NCBI GenBank assembly: GCA_024279475.1
Contig: JAJRRM010000016.1
Span: 627-64,626 of the forward strand
Source of the DNA: Alphaproteobacteria bacterium
GTDB lineage: Bacteria; Pseudomonadota; Alphaproteobacteria; 16-39-46; JAJRRM01
Reading direction: 5' to 3'
DNA: 64,000 bases
Shown here piece after piece: positions 62,734 through 64,000 of this stretch. Every line of letters starts with the position of its first letter. Within the stretch, counting starts at the first letter, position 1. The notes beneath the pieces are model-generated. The model saw only the letters and a list, made by a program, of their open reading frames with translations. It was not told where the DNA came from and made no database searches. A program made the translations under genes and the position numbers.

Positions 62734-64000
62734 ATGTCTATCAAGCACACTGTATCTATTTTACCTGGAGATGGTATTGGCCCAGAAATTATGGAAGCCG
62801 TACAGCAGATTATTAAAGCTGCTAGAGTTAATATTACCTGGGAAGAATGTGTTGCTGGAAAGAAAGCTTTTGAAAAAGGAATAACCTCTGGCGTTCCTGA
62901 AAAAACTATAGCCTCCATTGCAAAAAATGGCGTGGCTATTAAAGGTCCTCTGGAAACTCCTATTGGCTATGGAGATAGAAGTGCCAATGTTACTTTGCGG
63001 AAGCTTTTCGAAACCTATGGAAATATCCGACCAGCAAAAGAAATACCTGGTCTTAAGACTGCTTTTAGCGGCCGCAATATTAACTTACTTATTGTTCGAG
63101 AAAATATAGAAGACCTTTATGCTGGTATTGAATATCATCAAACGCCCTCAGCAGCTGAAAGTATAAAACTTATCACCAAGCATGGCTGTGAAAAAATTAG
63201 CCGTTTAGCTTTTGAATTAGCTTTATCCAGTGGGAGAAAAAAAGTACATTGTGCGACAAAAGCTAATATTATGAAATTTACTGAAGGCATGTTCAAGCAT
63301 GTTTTTGAAGAAGTTTCTAAAGATTATCCAAATATTGAATCAAACCACATCATCATAGATAATTGTGCTCATCAACTTGTTGTTAATCCTGAGCAATTTG
63401 AAATAATTGTAACATCAAACCTTAATGGCGATATTTTATCTGATCTAGCTTCTGGCCTTATAGGCGGATTGGGTGTAGCTCCTAGTGCAAATATTGGTGA
63501 TAAAGTTTCTATCTTTGAGTCTGTTCATGGTTCTGCACCAGATATAGCTGGAAAGAACCTAGCAAATCCTACAGCTCTTCTTTTAAGCGCTTGTTTGATG
63601 CTGCGTCACTTAAAAGAATTTAAAGCCGCTCAAATGATAGAAGAAGCTCTTGTTTACACTCTCCAAGAAGGAAAATACCTTACTGCTGATTTAACTAAAG
63701 AAAAAATAATTATTCCTACTACTACTACAAAAATTACCCAGAGAATAATAGAAAATTTTGGTAAGAAACCTGCTAACTATCTATATGGAAATTTTAAAAA
63801 TCTTAACCTACCTATTAAAAACAGTCTAGACTCTAAGGGGGAAGTTCTTACTCCTATTGGCGCAGATGTTTTCATTCAATATACAGGAAATGTTGAAGAT
63901 TTAGCTAGTAAACTTTATTCTCCTCATTCAGACTTTGAATTGAAAAGTATTTCTTGTCGAGGTATGCAAGTATGGCCTAAAATTCCCTATGCTCAAGTAG
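62734..64000 (+). CDS. icd: Isocitrate dehydrogenase (isopropylmalate-dehydrogenase-like, Rickettsia-type with C-terminal extension), partial; 3' end runs off the window
   Basis: Absent from the ORF track because there is no stop in the window. Hand translation from the ATG at 62734 gives MSIKHTVSILPGDGIGPEIMEAV..., IVRENIEDLYAG, NLNGDILSDLASGLIGGLG and HGSAPDIAGKNLANP. It then continues more than 100 aa into an extra C-terminal region. Confidence 0.85.
   Translation, partial: MSIKHTVSILPGDGIGPEIMEAVQQIIKAARVNITWEECVAGKKAFEKGITSGVPEKTIASIAKNGVAIKGPLETPIGYGDRSANVTLRKLFETYGNIRPAKEIPGLKTAFSGRNINLLIVRENIEDLYAGIEYHQTPSAAESIKLITKHGCEKISRLAFELALSSGRKKVHCATKANIMKFTEGMFKHVFEEVSKDYPNIESNHIIIDNCAHQLVVNPEQFEIIVTSNLNGDILSDLASGLIGGLGVAPSANIGDKVSIFESVHGSAPDIAGKNLANPTALLLSACLMLRHLKEFKAAQMIEEALVYTLQEGKYLTADLTKEKIIIPTTTTKITQRIIENFGKKPANYLYGNFKNLNLPIKNSLDSKGEVLTPIGADVFIQYTGNVEDLASKLYSPHSDFELKSISCRGMQVWPKIPYAQV

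Noticed and set aside
62715-63109. Tracked ORFs 62715-62918 (-) and 62918-63109 (+)
   Set aside because: Both overlap the icd reading frame that starts at 62734. That frame carries clear isocitrate/isopropylmalate dehydrogenase motifs, and it is missing from the track only because it has no stop in the window.
1-64000. Whole-window scan for rRNA, tRNA, CRISPR arrays, IS elements or long dispersed repeats
   Set aside because: None was recognised by eye. The only clear repeats are the 21-bp nuoK tandem repeat, the C8/G8 tract at 56472-56479 and low-complexity runs. This remains a visual scan and not a computed one.

Overview
This window is an AT-rich (about one-third GC by eye), very gene-dense chromosomal segment from an alphaproteobacterium. 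It is probably host-associated and shows mild gene decay. All calls rest on motif and synteny recognition from the supplied translations and my own hand translations; no searches were run. Gene order is as follows. sucB (partial) and sucA (-); alaS and an OPT permease (+); a small orphan ORF; then a minus-strand operon tssF-tssG-vgrG-amidase, an isolated set of type VI secretion baseplate/spike genes. Next come polA; DUF465; pfk; a DUF924 gene broken by one in-frame TAG; xerC; priA; a DD-carboxypeptidase; and typA. These are followed by an aglEFGAK-like alpha-glucoside ABC uptake/alpha-glucosidase operon with a translationally coupled GT4 glycosyltransferase. Then rsmI, divergent from an LpoA/LppC-like lipoprotein gene broken by one in-frame TGA; a HIG1-type small membrane protein; RNase J; birA; and the complete 14-gene complex I operon nuoA-N (-). 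The window ends with an MFS transporter; two paralogous unknown polytopic membrane proteins separated by a 1-kb ORF-free stretch holding decayed coding remnants; dnaE; a catalytically degenerate LytM/NlpD-like protein; and a partial Rickettsia-type isocitrate dehydrogenase. I recognised no rRNA, tRNA, CRISPR, IS element or prophage by eye. The observations most worth follow-up are: the orphan but intact T6SS mini-operon inside core genes; the disordered insert in VgrG; a perfect 21-bp in-frame tandem repeat at the nuoK/nuoL junction; the two single-nonsense pseudogenes; and the paralog pair with its decayed spacer.
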